The position numbers and the translations under genes are program-made. Positions 23,215 through 36,469 of a stretch of 64,000 nucleotides of DNA are shown one piece after another. This stretch comes from Auanema rhodensis (Eukaryota; Animalia; Nematoda), in assembly GCA_964057225.1 (NCBI GenBank), contig OZ059896.1, forward strand, positions 13,516,001 through 13,580,000, read 5' to 3'. The notes beneath the pieces were generated by a model. That model was not told the DNA's origin, searched no databases, and saw only the letters and a list, made by a program, of their open reading frames with translations. Positions within the stretch are counted from its first letter, which is position 1. Every line of letters begins with the position of its first letter.

Positions 23215-26200
23215 ATGCTGTTTCAATACTATATTCTAATCTATTATTTTTTACTCATTCAATCAACAACTCAGAATATATTTCATAGTAAAACTGAAAT
23301 TAATAATATTCTTGTACATGAAGATAAGGTAAGTCGTTCTTTCTTTCAAAATAAATTTCAAATTCTCTTCATTATCTTCTAAAAGATTTTTTATTATTTT
23401 TCCTTTTTCCTCCTTCTCTTCTATTCCCCACCGTATGTGAGTTTGATGTCCGAACTTCCTTCAGACCTACCTCGTCGTTCTCACAAATTGACCCCCCCCC
23501 CTCCACCACGGAAGGATTAAGGGAAAACGGAATTATATGGGAAAAATCATTTCGCTTCTCTGAAATACCAATCTTCTTTCCAATTTTTTGAAAATATTTG
23601 TTTTTATGAAAAAAATAATTTAACTTGTAAATATGATATATTGAGTTGAAGAGATATGAGATAAGAGGAAGATTTGAAATGAATTTCCAGCAACTCATTT
23701 GGGAATAAAAGAAGAATCGAAAAGCTTTATGTCTTTTGAGTCTCATCCACAGACTAATCCATCACATTCTGACTTCTTTTCCATTCTTATTCCTTTTCTG
23801 CTTCTTGTATAAACCTATAACTTAGTCCACAAATTGTTTTGGAATTATTTAGATAAGTCACATATTTGTTGAAAACTCATGTAATCTAAATAAAATTCAA
23901 AGAATATGTTAATCAGAGTCTGATAATTTCATATAAAAGGTTGATATAAATCGGTTGAAGGAATAGAAGCCGTGAAAGAGAGAGGGAGAGAGGGAGAGAG
24001 GGAGAGAGGGAGAGAGGGAGAAAGAGGGAGAGAGAGAGAAAGAGGGAGAGAGAGAGAGAGGGAAAGGGGGGGGAGGAAGATAGTTGTGTTTGAGAAGCCA
24101 TATAGTTGAAATGGTATAGAATTAGCTACATTTTGGTCTATTAGGCAATAAATGAAATAAGCTTAAAATGAAATAGTATTTGATTTGCATATAGTCATAG
24201 GGAGAGATATTGAATATTGAAATAAAAGGAAATGGAAAAGCGATGGTGTGGTATGAGAAGAGGAGGTGAAGCGGAATAAAGTTCCGAGAATGATGAACGC
24301 CAATTGGTCATCATGGGAATCATTGATGATACTCATGCTTGTAATTCTGTTCATTACATTATGAAAGCTTGAAATGATTTGAAATCAAACTATATACTAA
24401 TAGTAAAGAAGAAAAGAAATTGAATTATTACAGATATTTGTTGGAAGTGTGAATAGTATAGCAAGCCTTTGGCTTTCAAATCTTAGTCTTTCACATCAAA
24501 CATCAACTGGACCTGTCAAAGATTCACCATTTTGTAATTATGATGGATCAAGTTGTCTACGTGAAGCTCGTCTTCTCTCAACAGACAATCACAATAAAAT
24601 TTTGGTCAGATATGGTTCTTCAACGGACAAAATAACCGTCTGCGGTTCTGTAAAGCAAGGTATTGCTCAAGTTTGTGTTCGAGAAAGCATTAATTCTAAT
24701 TTTCAGGAACATGTTCCCTCTATTCTATAAAAGATTTAAAACTTATATCTTCTGGAGATGTAGCTGTAGCTGCCAATTTACCGTCAGCATCAACAGTAGC
24801 ATTAACAGCAGGAGAAAACATCTATGTTGCTGCTTCACATTCAACGGATAGCCCATACCGTGATCCGTTCCCGATTGTTGCTATTCGTCAATTACCAGAC
24901 TTTTATGTTCTGAATGCTGGAAGTTTAGAAGGAGAAGGAGCTGTTTATCAAAGAGCAGAATTCCGATCAACTCATCCAATTCGATATGTTTCCATCTTTC
25001 AACATCAGCATTTTGTCTACATAGCATCGGTTGAAACCCAATCAACCTGGAAGACAAGAACAACGAAACTCATTCGATTTTGCGCCAATGACACAAGGTA
25101 CCGTTTAAACAGATTTTTCGATTAATTTCATATACATTATACTTACGCTTCAACAAGTTAAACTTCTATATTTCAAGTTGAAACACATTTTGACCTTGAA
25201 ATTTACATAAAGAAAGTAGAAAATTTGATTGTAATCACACGACAATATGATCCAAACAAAGACAATTTATATTTTTTTCAGATTTGTTTCATATTCTGAA
25301 ATTGAACTTCAATGTCGTTCTGATGATAATCATAATTATCCATATATAACAAGTACTATTCTTAATGGTATTCATCGTTTTATTCAAATATTTTGTACTA
25401 ATTGTCTTTTTTTTCCCTCAAGGTGATACATTGATTGCTACTTTTACTGATTCAACTTCATCTAAATCTGCTATTTGTGCTTTTTCAATGCAAAAAATTA
25501 AATTAACTTATTGGTATAATATTGATCGATGTCGTGGAGGTACAGATTCTATTGGATTACCTCATATTGGACGAGATTCCAAATGTGCAAATGTAGGAGA
25601 ATGATAGAATTTTCTATTTCTATTTCTATGAATTTCAATTTGATTTTCAGAAATCTCGAGCTCCCTTAGATGAGGATACATGTGAACTTGGAGTTGGAGG
25701 TTCTATTGAAGCTGTTGAGATGGCCGCCTATGAGATGAACGATGTCATCACATCCGTTACAGTAGCTGAATCATCCATCATCATCATTGGAACTATGAGT
25801 GGCCAAGTTGTACTGGTATGTTATCCACAACATTCATATTCAAACATGTGTATAGCGGTAAAGATCAAAGATAATTCTTATCATAACAGATGTTTGATTA
25901 AGATTTTTTAAATTATTCACAAAAATAATTTATATTTTTGATTAAAAATATAACATATGGATAGCATAGATTGTTGATGATCATAGTCTTCAGTACAAAT
26001 TTACTGAACAGATTTAAGCAACAGATGACGGATTAGGTATCCCCTTATATCTTCAAATCAATTCTATCTCAGTCTGTCTCTCTCTCTCTCTCTCTCTTTC
26101 TTTCTGTGCTTTATATAGTTCTTTGATATCAATATTGAGAACAGATTTTGACCATGATGACAGCCATCTGGAAATGTATTCATAGAAATATAGTGATTGA

Positions 26201-29200
26201 AAGTAAAATGACTCAGATTTGACATCTTTATTAATATTTCAGAAAAAAATTTCAAAAAAAAGGGATATTACATCAATCAATCTCTATTTAATGTTTATAA
26301 TATGAAATATTTATAATTTCTTTTCATTATTTTTCATGAAATATGAAAGGATTTTGATGTGAGATGGACATTATTCATTCATTGCTTCATGTTTAACAGG
26401 ATATAATGGCTGAGAATGATGCCCAATTAGTTGTAAAAGCTATTGAAGTTTCTAATCAAATTCAGAAAATCGTTCAAGAGAATGAGATGATCCCATGAGT
26501 GATTACCGGAAATTACATTTTCTGTTCAAATGCAACATAGCCATTGCCTCAAATTTAGAATTTGAGCTTTAATCATGTTGAAAGATCCAACATACATAGC
26601 GACAGTCAGATGTCATTAATGAACGATTAGGTGCCAATTCTCATTAGAAAGCCTCAAATCTTTTCTATAGCAATCGGAAGATTGATTTATGTTTATAATG
26701 TGATGAATGAATTGTGATGAAGCTGTAACTGGATAATTCACTATGAATTTCCTTTTTCTTGTATAAATACAAAGAGCATGAGAGAGAATTTGAATGTCTA
26801 TGGCTGAATAATATAAAAGAGAAAAAGATAGAGAGAGAGAGAAAATCTTAAAAGTAGGTTTAGTTTGAGATAAATAAGTACCAACAACCGCTCATATGCT
26901 CATAATGCCTTAAACATGAAAAATCGGATGATCAATTTCTACGTGAATCTTTTCACGTATATTCAAATATAACAATGTATATATTAATTGAATTTCAGTT
27001 GAAATGGAAAGATACTCATCTGGAACCATTCCGAACTGAAAAATCAACCATGGGAGGAGGAGAAGTGAAAAGTCTCAAACTTGTTGGTCAGGATATTCTT
27101 ATTCAACAACCTACAACGGTATGTTTTCTTTAAACTTTTCTCATTGTCATACAAGATAAATGTCCATGTAAAGAGGGGAGATGAAGAAAAATGTCAAAGA
27201 GAAATGAAAGATGAGATGACCCATAGATCGTATGTGTCAGGAGGCTCATTTTGGGCTAATTGTTATTCTTTGGTATAGCTTGATCCACTCATTACACACA
27301 AATTATTCAATTTGCTGCTCTTGTTTCCAATACATTTGTTGACAAATCACAGCAAATTATATGTAAACAAGAAAGAATTTTAAGAGATTTGTAACAAGTG
27401 GGATTAAGCTTGAAAATAAAAATAAAATATTTGAATATAAAATTATTTTCGGAGCATAACTATGAACATATAGTTTATTTAATTATTATTTTATAGTTAA
27501 ACATCAGTTTCAGTTGTAATATTTGTATTTCTATTGTAAAACAAATCAAAATAAAATTTGAATAAACGAGATAGAAATATGGGATGTTCCAACTAACGTT
27601 ACAGTCTCTCTCGCTCTCTTTCTTTCGCATATTGCTTCTCTCTTTAACTACCTATCTTTCTCTTTATTTTCTTTATAAAAAGAATTATATAATGAGAATA
27701 GGTCAGTTGTCTAAACAAAATGATGATCATCTACATCTGATTTATGGCTTCAAACTCTTCAATCTCCCACTTTCTCTCTCTCTCTTTCTCTCTGTTTTAC
27801 TATCAGCTGCTTCAATGAAAATATATTTCAAATATCTCTTATTGACACTACTAAACAATAATTATAAAATATTTTATGTTGTAATAGTTTATTCTACATT
27901 CATCTACAATATCAGGGATTTTAAATAATTTTAATTTTCAGATTTCACTCAAATCTTTAGCGAACTGTAAGCATTTGACTTCATGTTCAGCTTGTGTTCA
28001 AGCTAATGATCCTCTCTGCCAATGGTGTTACTCATCTGGAACTTGTACAACATCTAATCAATGTTCTTCCACACTTACGGTATTATAATCTCTATTTAAA
28101 CTTTTGATTTTATAATTTTTTTAGAATATTTGTCCAATATCAACTGGTCAACCAGTTCCATCAGTTATATCTGTTGATGAAAGTCGTACAATCTTTTTAC
28201 CAATTCGTCATCTACCTCAAGCAGACAAATTTGTTGGCAAAATTTCAAATAAATGAATAATAATTTTAAAAATATTTCAGACATATAAATGTGTATTTGG
28301 TAAAGAACAATCATTAGCTGTATGGAATGATTATGGAATATCATGTACATCACCATTAATACAAACAATATCATCAACACAACAAACTATATTATTATCT
28401 CTTCAAACATCTTCAAATAATTATTCAATTATTCAACATAATTTTACAATTTATGATTGTTCTCATCTTAAAACGTTTGTCTTTTTTAATTTTTTAAATT
28501 TTTCTTTTAAATTATCATTTTAGTTGTGCTAACTGTGCTACATCATCATGGAATTGTCATTGGTGTTCTGATACCAACAGTTGTTCTCGTCAAAATACTT
28601 GTAACCAGGTAATATTTTCCTTTTTTTAGTTTTTTAGTAAAAATCTTCTCTTTTCAGAATAAATTTTCGACTCAATGTGCAAGTATAAGGAAACATTCAA
28701 ATGATTTGCCAATTGTGATTCCGTTAGGAAAGACTAGTCAGATCAATGTGAAGTTTGATAATCTTGAAAGCATTACAAACTCCAAAAACTTGAGTTTGAC
28801 ATGTCGTCTGATTATGCAAAATCGTCTTCTGACATCGAAAGCTATCATTGATGGCGATGATGTTAAGTGCGAATCTGTTAATGTACCTTCAAGCAATTTG
28901 ACTTCCAACTTGACGAGCTCATTAGAAGTTTTGAACTTCGGTCAATTGGTTGATAAGACAGACATTGTGATGTATGACTGCCAAAACTTGGCTGCTGATT
29001 GCTCATCCTGCTCAGCATTGTCTCCCATTTGGAAGTGTCAATGGTGTGGGGGCCGATGCTCATCTGAGTGTCCATCAACAACTCATCCACCGATATGTGA
29101 TCGACCACAAATTCTTCAATTCTATCCAATGACTGGTCCAATGGAAGGTGGTACTGTCTTAACAATACTAGGAAGAGATCTTGGATCATCAGTTGAAGAT

Positions 29201-32200
29201 ATTCAAGATAGAATCATGGTAGCTGGATCAAGATGTCACATTCTTGAATATGTCATCTCAAAAAAGATTGTTTGTAAGCTTGAAAAGGTAATACTATAAT
29301 CTAAAAATTATTTATTATAATTTTCATTTTGAAGGGAAACTCATCAGGTCCAATACGTATTTCAATTGGAAGAGCATCTAAACGAACAGCAGATTCTAAA
29401 GATTATTTTTCATTTGTTGACGTTAAACTCTTCTCTGTTACTCCATTAGTTGCACCAATATCAGGTGGATCAAAGGTATACTATATGATATAAACAGTTA
29501 AATATATTTTAATTTTACAGTTAACTCTTTATGGTTCAAATTTCAATTCTGGATCTAATGTATCCATCATGATTGGTAATATCTCATGTCCTGTACTTCA
29601 ACGTAATTCATCCAGTGCAATCGTATGCGCTGTTCAATCTTCACCTACAGTACAACGAATTACATCAATTTCATTACAAATTGATAATTTCAAATATTCG
29701 TTGAATACTTTATTTGAATTTCGACCAGATCCATCAATTGCTCATCTGAAGCCTGTTGTTGCATTTAGATCAGGAGGCAAACATGTGATTGTTGATGTAA
29801 ACCATTAGTTTCATCTAATTCATTTTTTCATTTTTTATTATTTTAGGGTTCAAATTTTGATTCAATTACCTCAGCTAAGATGTATTATTTGTCCTCGTTA
29901 TCACCACCATATGAAATTATTTCTGAACTTTCGAGTTGTGAAGTTGTAAATTCAACTCGCTTAGCATGTTTAACACCAAAAGTGCTTTATAAATCAGTTC
30001 CTACTGAATCTCTTGAAAGGTAAACTTTTATATTTTAAAACAAAATTAGTTAATTGTTGTTTTTTATTTCAGATATCCAGTTGGTTTTCTGATTGATAAT
30101 GTAACATCAGTTCAAAATCTTGGTCATCGAATTCAAATGAATATCGTGCCTGATCCAGAATTCTTACCTTTCAAAGGAATACGTATACATCATGCTGATC
30201 AACCATTAATCTTAGATGGAAATTATTTAAGTGAAGGAGCTGATTTAACTGATTATCGAGTAAGTTTTCAAAAAAAAAATTTTTTAATCAATAATTTATT
30301 AGATTTTTATTGGAACTGAACGATGTTATGTATCTTTGATTGATATTCGACAATTAGTATGCAATGCTCCATTACTTCAACCATCATCAACTAATGAAAA
30401 AGGTTTGTTAATTATATTAATATATATGGGATTATATAATAATATTTTATAGGAGATATAATTGAAGATGGACCATTAGTTGTTGTTCATGTAGGTAAAT
30501 TACGTCAAGAGCTTGGCCAAGTTCAATATGCTAATTCATTGAATACGGTCCGTCTATGGGCATTAGTTATATCAAGCCTAACAGCATTAATCATTGTTTT
30601 CTTAATGCTTGTTGCTTTATGGAAGAAACGTCAAAATGAACAACAACGAGATTATAAGAAAATTCAGTTACAAATGGAACATTTGGAAAGTAATGTTCGA
30701 AAAGAATGTAAACAAGCTTTTGCTGAATTACAAACATCAATATCATTTACTGGACCTGAAGAATATGGTATGTTAGTCTTTAACTATTATAATTATTCAT
30801 GTATTTTAGGAATTATTGATCATTTAACATTTCGTGAGTATATACTTCGAATATTATGGAATGAAGGAGGTCCAATGACTAATCCATCTCTGTATTCCAT
30901 TACACTTCCATTAACATTAGCTCAATTTGATTCACTTCTAAGCTCTAAACATTTTGTTTTTGCGGTAATTTGAAAAGGATATGGCTTCTTTTAATTATTT
31001 TATTTTCAGCTAGTTGAATCAGCAGAATCTGATAGTTGCATGACACCAGCAGAGAAATCAGTTTTATCATCTCTTATCATCTCAGCTTTACTTCGAAACT
31101 TTCATTATTGTACTGATGTTATATTGGATTTACTTAGAGCTCATATTTCAAAGATGGTTCATGTAAGCTGATCCAAATATATTTTTCTTTAATTTTTATT
31201 CATATTTTCAGCAAAATGAAGCCAATCTGCTATTCAGAAAATCAGAAAGCTTAGTAGAAAAGCTTGTAGCAAAGTGGTTATCAATATGCTTACATGATGA
31301 TATACTTCTATCACAAGGATCACACTTACATCGATTACATAAAGCTTTGAAATATCAAACAGAACGTGGTCCAGTAGATATGATAACAGGAAATGCACGA
31401 TATACAATCAATGAAGCTAAGTTACTTCGAGAAACTGTTGATGCTACACCTATTGTAAGTTACATCATATTCTTATATATAATTTGAATTTGATTTCCAG
31501 GATTGTTTGGTAATGGATTTGTTCTCAAGAGGCCCATATGTAGTTCGAGCTCATGCTTGTGATACGATTACTCAATTGAAATTCAAAATTCTGGATGTTG
31601 TGTACAAGGATACTCCATTTTCACAGAGACCAACTGTACAACAATTTGATATTGGTATATACATATAGTTAAGATATATCATATATTTAAGAAATTTATT
31701 CAGAATTGCAATGTCCCCGAGTTGGAAATATCATTCTGAATGATATCGATGGCCGAGAAACAATGAAAGGACCACATCGATTGAATACATTATCATCGTA
31801 CGATATCAATAATTCTAGCTTATTGATCATGCAAAGTTCTAAAACACGCTTAGAGGATTGCAAAAGTAAAAGCTTTGTTTCATTTTTTTTTCAAAAAATT
31901 TCAAATTTCAGATGGAATGAGCGATAGTGGCCAATGTTCTTGGTCATCGCTTGATCGATCATCATCTCCATTATATTCTTCAAATTCATATTACCATTTA
32001 TCAACAAATTGTAAAACAATGGAGAAGAAAAGAAAAATTGATGAAAGTATTCCAAACTCTATTCCTGAAGTCTATTTAACTCGTCTTCTAACCAGGTAAT
32101 TCATCAATCTATTTTCTATTTTCTATTTTTATTTATTTTTCAGCAAAGGAACTGTTCAAAAGTTTATTGATGATTTCTTTGAATCTGTGTTATTCCTTGA

Positions 32201-32903
32201 AACATCATCATATCCAGTTGTTCTTAAATATCTTTTTGATTTTCTTGATGAAGAAGCTGCAAGAAATGGAATTGATTCTGTTCTTAATCATCAATGGAAA
32301 AGCAATTGCTATATTCTAAGATTATGGGCTAATCTCATTAATAATCCCAGAATTCTATTTGATATTTCTTCGAATATTTCTGTTGAAGGCAATCTTACTG
32401 TTATTGCTCAAACACTAGCAGATTGTTTTTCCTATTTGGAACCATTGTTTGGTGCTCATGCTCCATCTTCTCGTCTTCTGTTTGCCAAAGAAGTCTCAAG
32501 ACTTCGTCCTCTTGTATCAGATCTCTATCGCCGAATAGCAAGACAGCCACCTGTATCAGAACGAGTACTTCATGAGCATCTGAATTCCATAAGCTTAGTA
32601 AGTGATTCAACCACTGTTCTCTGAAACTGAATTTTTTTTTTGAAGGAACTTAACAAGAGTGGATCTACAGCTGCTTTATCAGAATTATTGGCTTGGGTAC
32701 GAGGAAATGGAATCCGTCTTGTTGATGTAATCTCTAGATCTTTCATTCAAAATTTCTAATTTTTAAATTTTCAGGTCATGTCAAAGGATAAAGAATGTTT
32801 AAATCAAAGATTACCTCATCGTTTATCTCAAATTATCAATTTATCAATGGAACAACAAAATGATCACATATATTGTACTATTTCGGATGATATTTACCAG
32901 TGA
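23215..32903 (+). CDS. plx-2: Plexin (semaphorin receptor), PLX-2-like, about 27 exons
   Basis: Signal peptide MLFQYYILIYYFLLIQSTT. Sema domain (TGPVKDSPFC, DNHNKIL, SYSEIELQC, SAICAFSM), PSI repeats (CSACVQANDPLCQWC, DCSSCSALSPIWKCQWC), IPT domains (PMTGPMEGGTVLTILGRDLG) and a TM segment LWALVISSLTALIIVFLMLVAL. Split GAP domain (KECKQAFAELQ, GPVDMITGNARYTINE, IPEVYLTRLL, WKSNCYILRLW). It ends DHIYCTISDDIYQ*. The plx-2 rather than plx-1 assignment is from recalled C. elegans sequence. Confidence 0.93.
23977..24076 (+). repeat. (GGGAGAGA)n/(GA)n purine microsatellite in plexin intron 1
   Basis: A continuous purine tract of about 100 bp with repeated GGG runs. Confidence 0.9.
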
Positions 32904-33496
32904 TTTTACAACTTTTTCAAGCATTTTCTATAATTTTCCCCGATTTTCTTAGACATAATAAGTCTTTTTTCCAATTTTTTATTTATTCATATCTTGTTAC
33001 GTGTAATATTCGGGTATTTGTTATAATTTTAATCATTTATTCTCTTTTTCCAATATTCAGGTTGGATTTCTTCAAGTTTCATAGGAAATCATCATATGTT
33101 TTATTTTTTCTTTATTTTTTTTTGTTTGTGTTGATCTAGTCAACAATTTGAAAATATTTTTGATTACATATGTATATACTTTGAAATAAAATTTATAAAT
33201 TTAAATATAATTTTATACAAAACAAACAAAAATATGTTGTTTTATGTAAAATCAACAATACGAATATGATTAGAACCTAAGCTTGATCCAAGTTTCTAAT
33301 ATGAATGAATGAATATATCCATGTTTCTAAATGAATGTTATGGTTTTGAAATGATTTTCATTCATTATTAAAGGAAATCTATCATATCTTTCTATTTCTT
33401 CTTTATAATTTACATTTCAATCTTTATTTATAAATTGATATTACAATATGGAAAAGAAAGTATTCAAGAAGAACATAAGGTTTAAAGCAAGTAGTT

Positions 33497-34947
33497 TTAA
33501 TCATTGAATTGATCATCAGATTCTAGACTAGGAAGTGAGATTCCAAATGTTTCATAATCATTTCTATAAATTTCTAATAATTTATCGAATAATATTGAAT
33601 TATTTCTGATTTCCTGAATAATAACGCTTCTGTGTGCCATCACCTTTTCACTGAAGCTTAACCTAAGACCTGTAAGATTAATATGCTTCAAATGAATAAA
33701 AGTTGATGAAAAACCTTTTAAAGAATTCCTAATATAATCAACTTTGTTTATTGGTACTTCTGAATGTATAAGAATATCACTTAAATTGTCAGCAAAGTTG
33801 TTGAATTCACTTTCATTTTTTGATGAATATTTAAGAAAATATGATCGATCATTAATACTATGCATATTACAATACCTATAATTTATATTATAATTTATAT
33901 AATTAATGTCAAATGGAATAAAAATTCAATTACCATGTATATGGGGCTAATGCTGTCAATTCTTTTTGAAATGAGTTTTCATGTTGAAGATGAAGAGATT
34001 GTAACGAAGACTTTAAGCCATCAATGACACATTGAAGTTTCCCAGGCTTACAATCGAAACATTTGTTCGGCAAATTCATTTCATTTTCATCGTCGTCATT
34101 TTCACTGAAATATAGTTTTTACTTGGCTTTTTGTTGGAAAAAAGAAGATTTTTTTGATTAAATTGGAAACTAACTTTATACAATTTTCCACATAAGAACT
34201 GAGAAAACGAGAAAATGGATTACGTATAAGAACTGTAATATTATAGTTTAAATAAACATTTTTCCTCATATCATCATATGAATCATAAAAGTTTTTTGAG
34301 CAAGAACTGAAATACATAAAAAATTTAAAGATAACCAGAATAAAATTCGTAAATTATAGATAATATACCTAGATTTATCAAGAAAAGTTGAATTAGATGA
34401 TAAAAAGTTATCAGAATCATATAAATAACAAAAAATATTTGCCATAATTCCGGTCATGGCGTCAGGTATTTCGCAATTAACAAGCTTATAGGCTGGAGCA
34501 ACCTATGAAAATCCACAACTTCTTTTTGAAAATTTATAAACAAACTTGAAATCGTTCAGAAATGCTGTTTATAGCAAAGAGAGAGGAATTAGATCCTAAA
34601 GAATATAAAATTAAATATATTTTTATGAAAAAATAAATAAACTAACCATTATAACTAGTTTTATTGTATAAATTAAAATTATAGTTAACAGATTTAGAAT
34701 ATAGAAAGATTTGATTAAAGGTTGAATTAAGTTCTACTTGAATATTAGTTTGAAAATATGTTTGATAGCATAATACTATAAATGATGTCAATATAGTTAA
34801 AATACTTAATATGGAATACAGAAAAAGGAGACGTTTTTGTGGAACAGAAATTGATGACGACGTAGTTGATGCTGAGTCGGATGCAGAAGAGGCTGGAGCT
34901 TGCTTTGTGTCAGGAGGGCTAGATGATATTATCACAAAATTTTTCAT
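33497..34947 (-). CDS. Sulfotransfer_2 (CHST-like) family type II membrane protein with degenerate active-site motifs; 5' end uncertain
   Basis: TM segment LLFLYSILSILTILTSFIVLCY. The spliced domain reads VAPAYKLVNCEIPDAMTGIMANIFCYLYD...VLIRNPFSRFLSSYVENCI...CFDCKPGKLQCVI...LAPYTWYC...LLEIYRNDYETFG, matching the nematode sulfotransferase-2 layout. The frame stays open upstream past 35100, so the start may be earlier. Confidence 0.8.
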
Positions 34948-35812
34948 TTTTCGAGTCTGACATGATGCTGTAGATGTAAGATGGAAGCCCAATTCCTGAG
35001 TTGACGGAGCAGATGAGGAACGAATAAGCATCACGTTTAAGCCACAAATGTTCCAAAAGAAAATGAATCCAATTCTGGCTATATAATGGAAACTCAAAAC
35101 TGTTTTATCCTCCCTAAAAACTTGAATTAGCCGTATACGTATCTATGTGAGAAAGACGTTATCTTTTAAAATCGAGGACATACGCTGAAGATCAAGATTG
35201 CTTCTCCAAACGTGAACATGCGTAGATCCCGGTACAAAAGTTTGACGTATGAACTGTATCATCATGATCTCTGTTCATTTATGTTATGATACCATTCTCT
35301 TTCACCTTATAGGTTGTAAATATTGAATAGAGTGAATATCTATTAAATGTAACCAAATTAAAAGAATTTATTAATTATAATATTAAATATAATAAATAAA
35401 ACTATAAATACATGTTTTTTTATCATTTATTAGTGTTTAAAAACATTTTGTCTTATCATTTTTATTATATCTATCATCAGATTATAATAACAAACAATCT
35501 ATCTAATATATATTATGTTATTCTAATAGATTGTGTTGTTGAAAATCTGGAAAAACAGAAGTTTATATACTTATTCATTCATCTCTTAAACTACTTTTAG
35601 GATCAAAAGAACAAGTAGTTTCCAGGAATGCTGAAAGGAGGTGGTGCTAACACACCAGCAGGATATTGTGCCTTAAAGAACGTACGGAATGAACGGAGAA
35701 TAACTTGAAAAAGGTATAAAACACTATACGTTCAATGAAAAAAAAACGTGGAATGAATCAATGGCCATGTGGTAGCAAAAAAAAAAAAGAAATTTGATAA
35801 AATCCTTTAAGT

Positions 35813-35841
35813 TACGTGAAACGTCACGTGAAGTTCACGTA
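35813..35841. promoter_or_regulatory. HRE/E-box cluster with dyad symmetry in the divergent promoter of the sulfotransferase-like gene and amt-2
   Basis: TACGTGAA (35813-35820) and its inverted copy TTCACGTA (35834-35841) flank GTCACGTGA (35823-35831). Confidence 0.55.
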
Positions 35842-36469
35842 TTCACCACAGGCTTATCTTAATATTCATTTTTTACATTTAAAGACAAACAGATCGGTTA
35901 TTTTCAAATTAATGGAAGAATTTAGAAATCAAATTAATTAAAGAATGAACGTAATACTCTTATCTACTAGCATAGTTAAAATAACTATAAAATTTATTTA
36001 ATATATAGTTATGTATATATAAATATATATTTTTCCCTACTACTTGTTAATTTTTATTTATTTTTCTTTATTTCTCTCCTATATTTTTTGTTTTGAATCA
36101 AGTATTATATTTATTTTAGCCTTATTTTTCATATTTTAAATTCTTTTTTCTTTCTTTCTCATTTTCTATGCGAAAACGATTTTCTTGTTCCCCCAATCAA
36201 TTTTCTCTTTATACGCCCCTAAATATGCGTTACCACGGAAACTCCAAGATATAATCGGTCTGTCTTGCTTCTGTTATTTCAATTTTTAAAAAAATCGTGC
36301 GTTTGAAGCAAAATATACAGCCCAACTCTACTATGTCATTTCAACTTATTATATATCCTGCTATCCTTCTTCAATACCCAAACTCCATTGTTATGAAATA
36401 TTCAAATATTTCCTTTTGAAATACAAATTTAAGAGATTGGTGTGTGTGAGAGTGTGTGTTATTCTCAAT

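Noticed and set aside
31228-31265. Plexin GAP finger reads LFRKSES rather than LLRRTES
   Set aside because: One Arg and the second motif (ILRLW) remain, and PLX-2-type plexins as I recall also lack the double Arg. This is not evidence of an inactive GAP.
28878-32610. Minus-strand ORFs 28878-29189 and 32401-32610
   Set aside because: They are antisense shadows of plexin exons.
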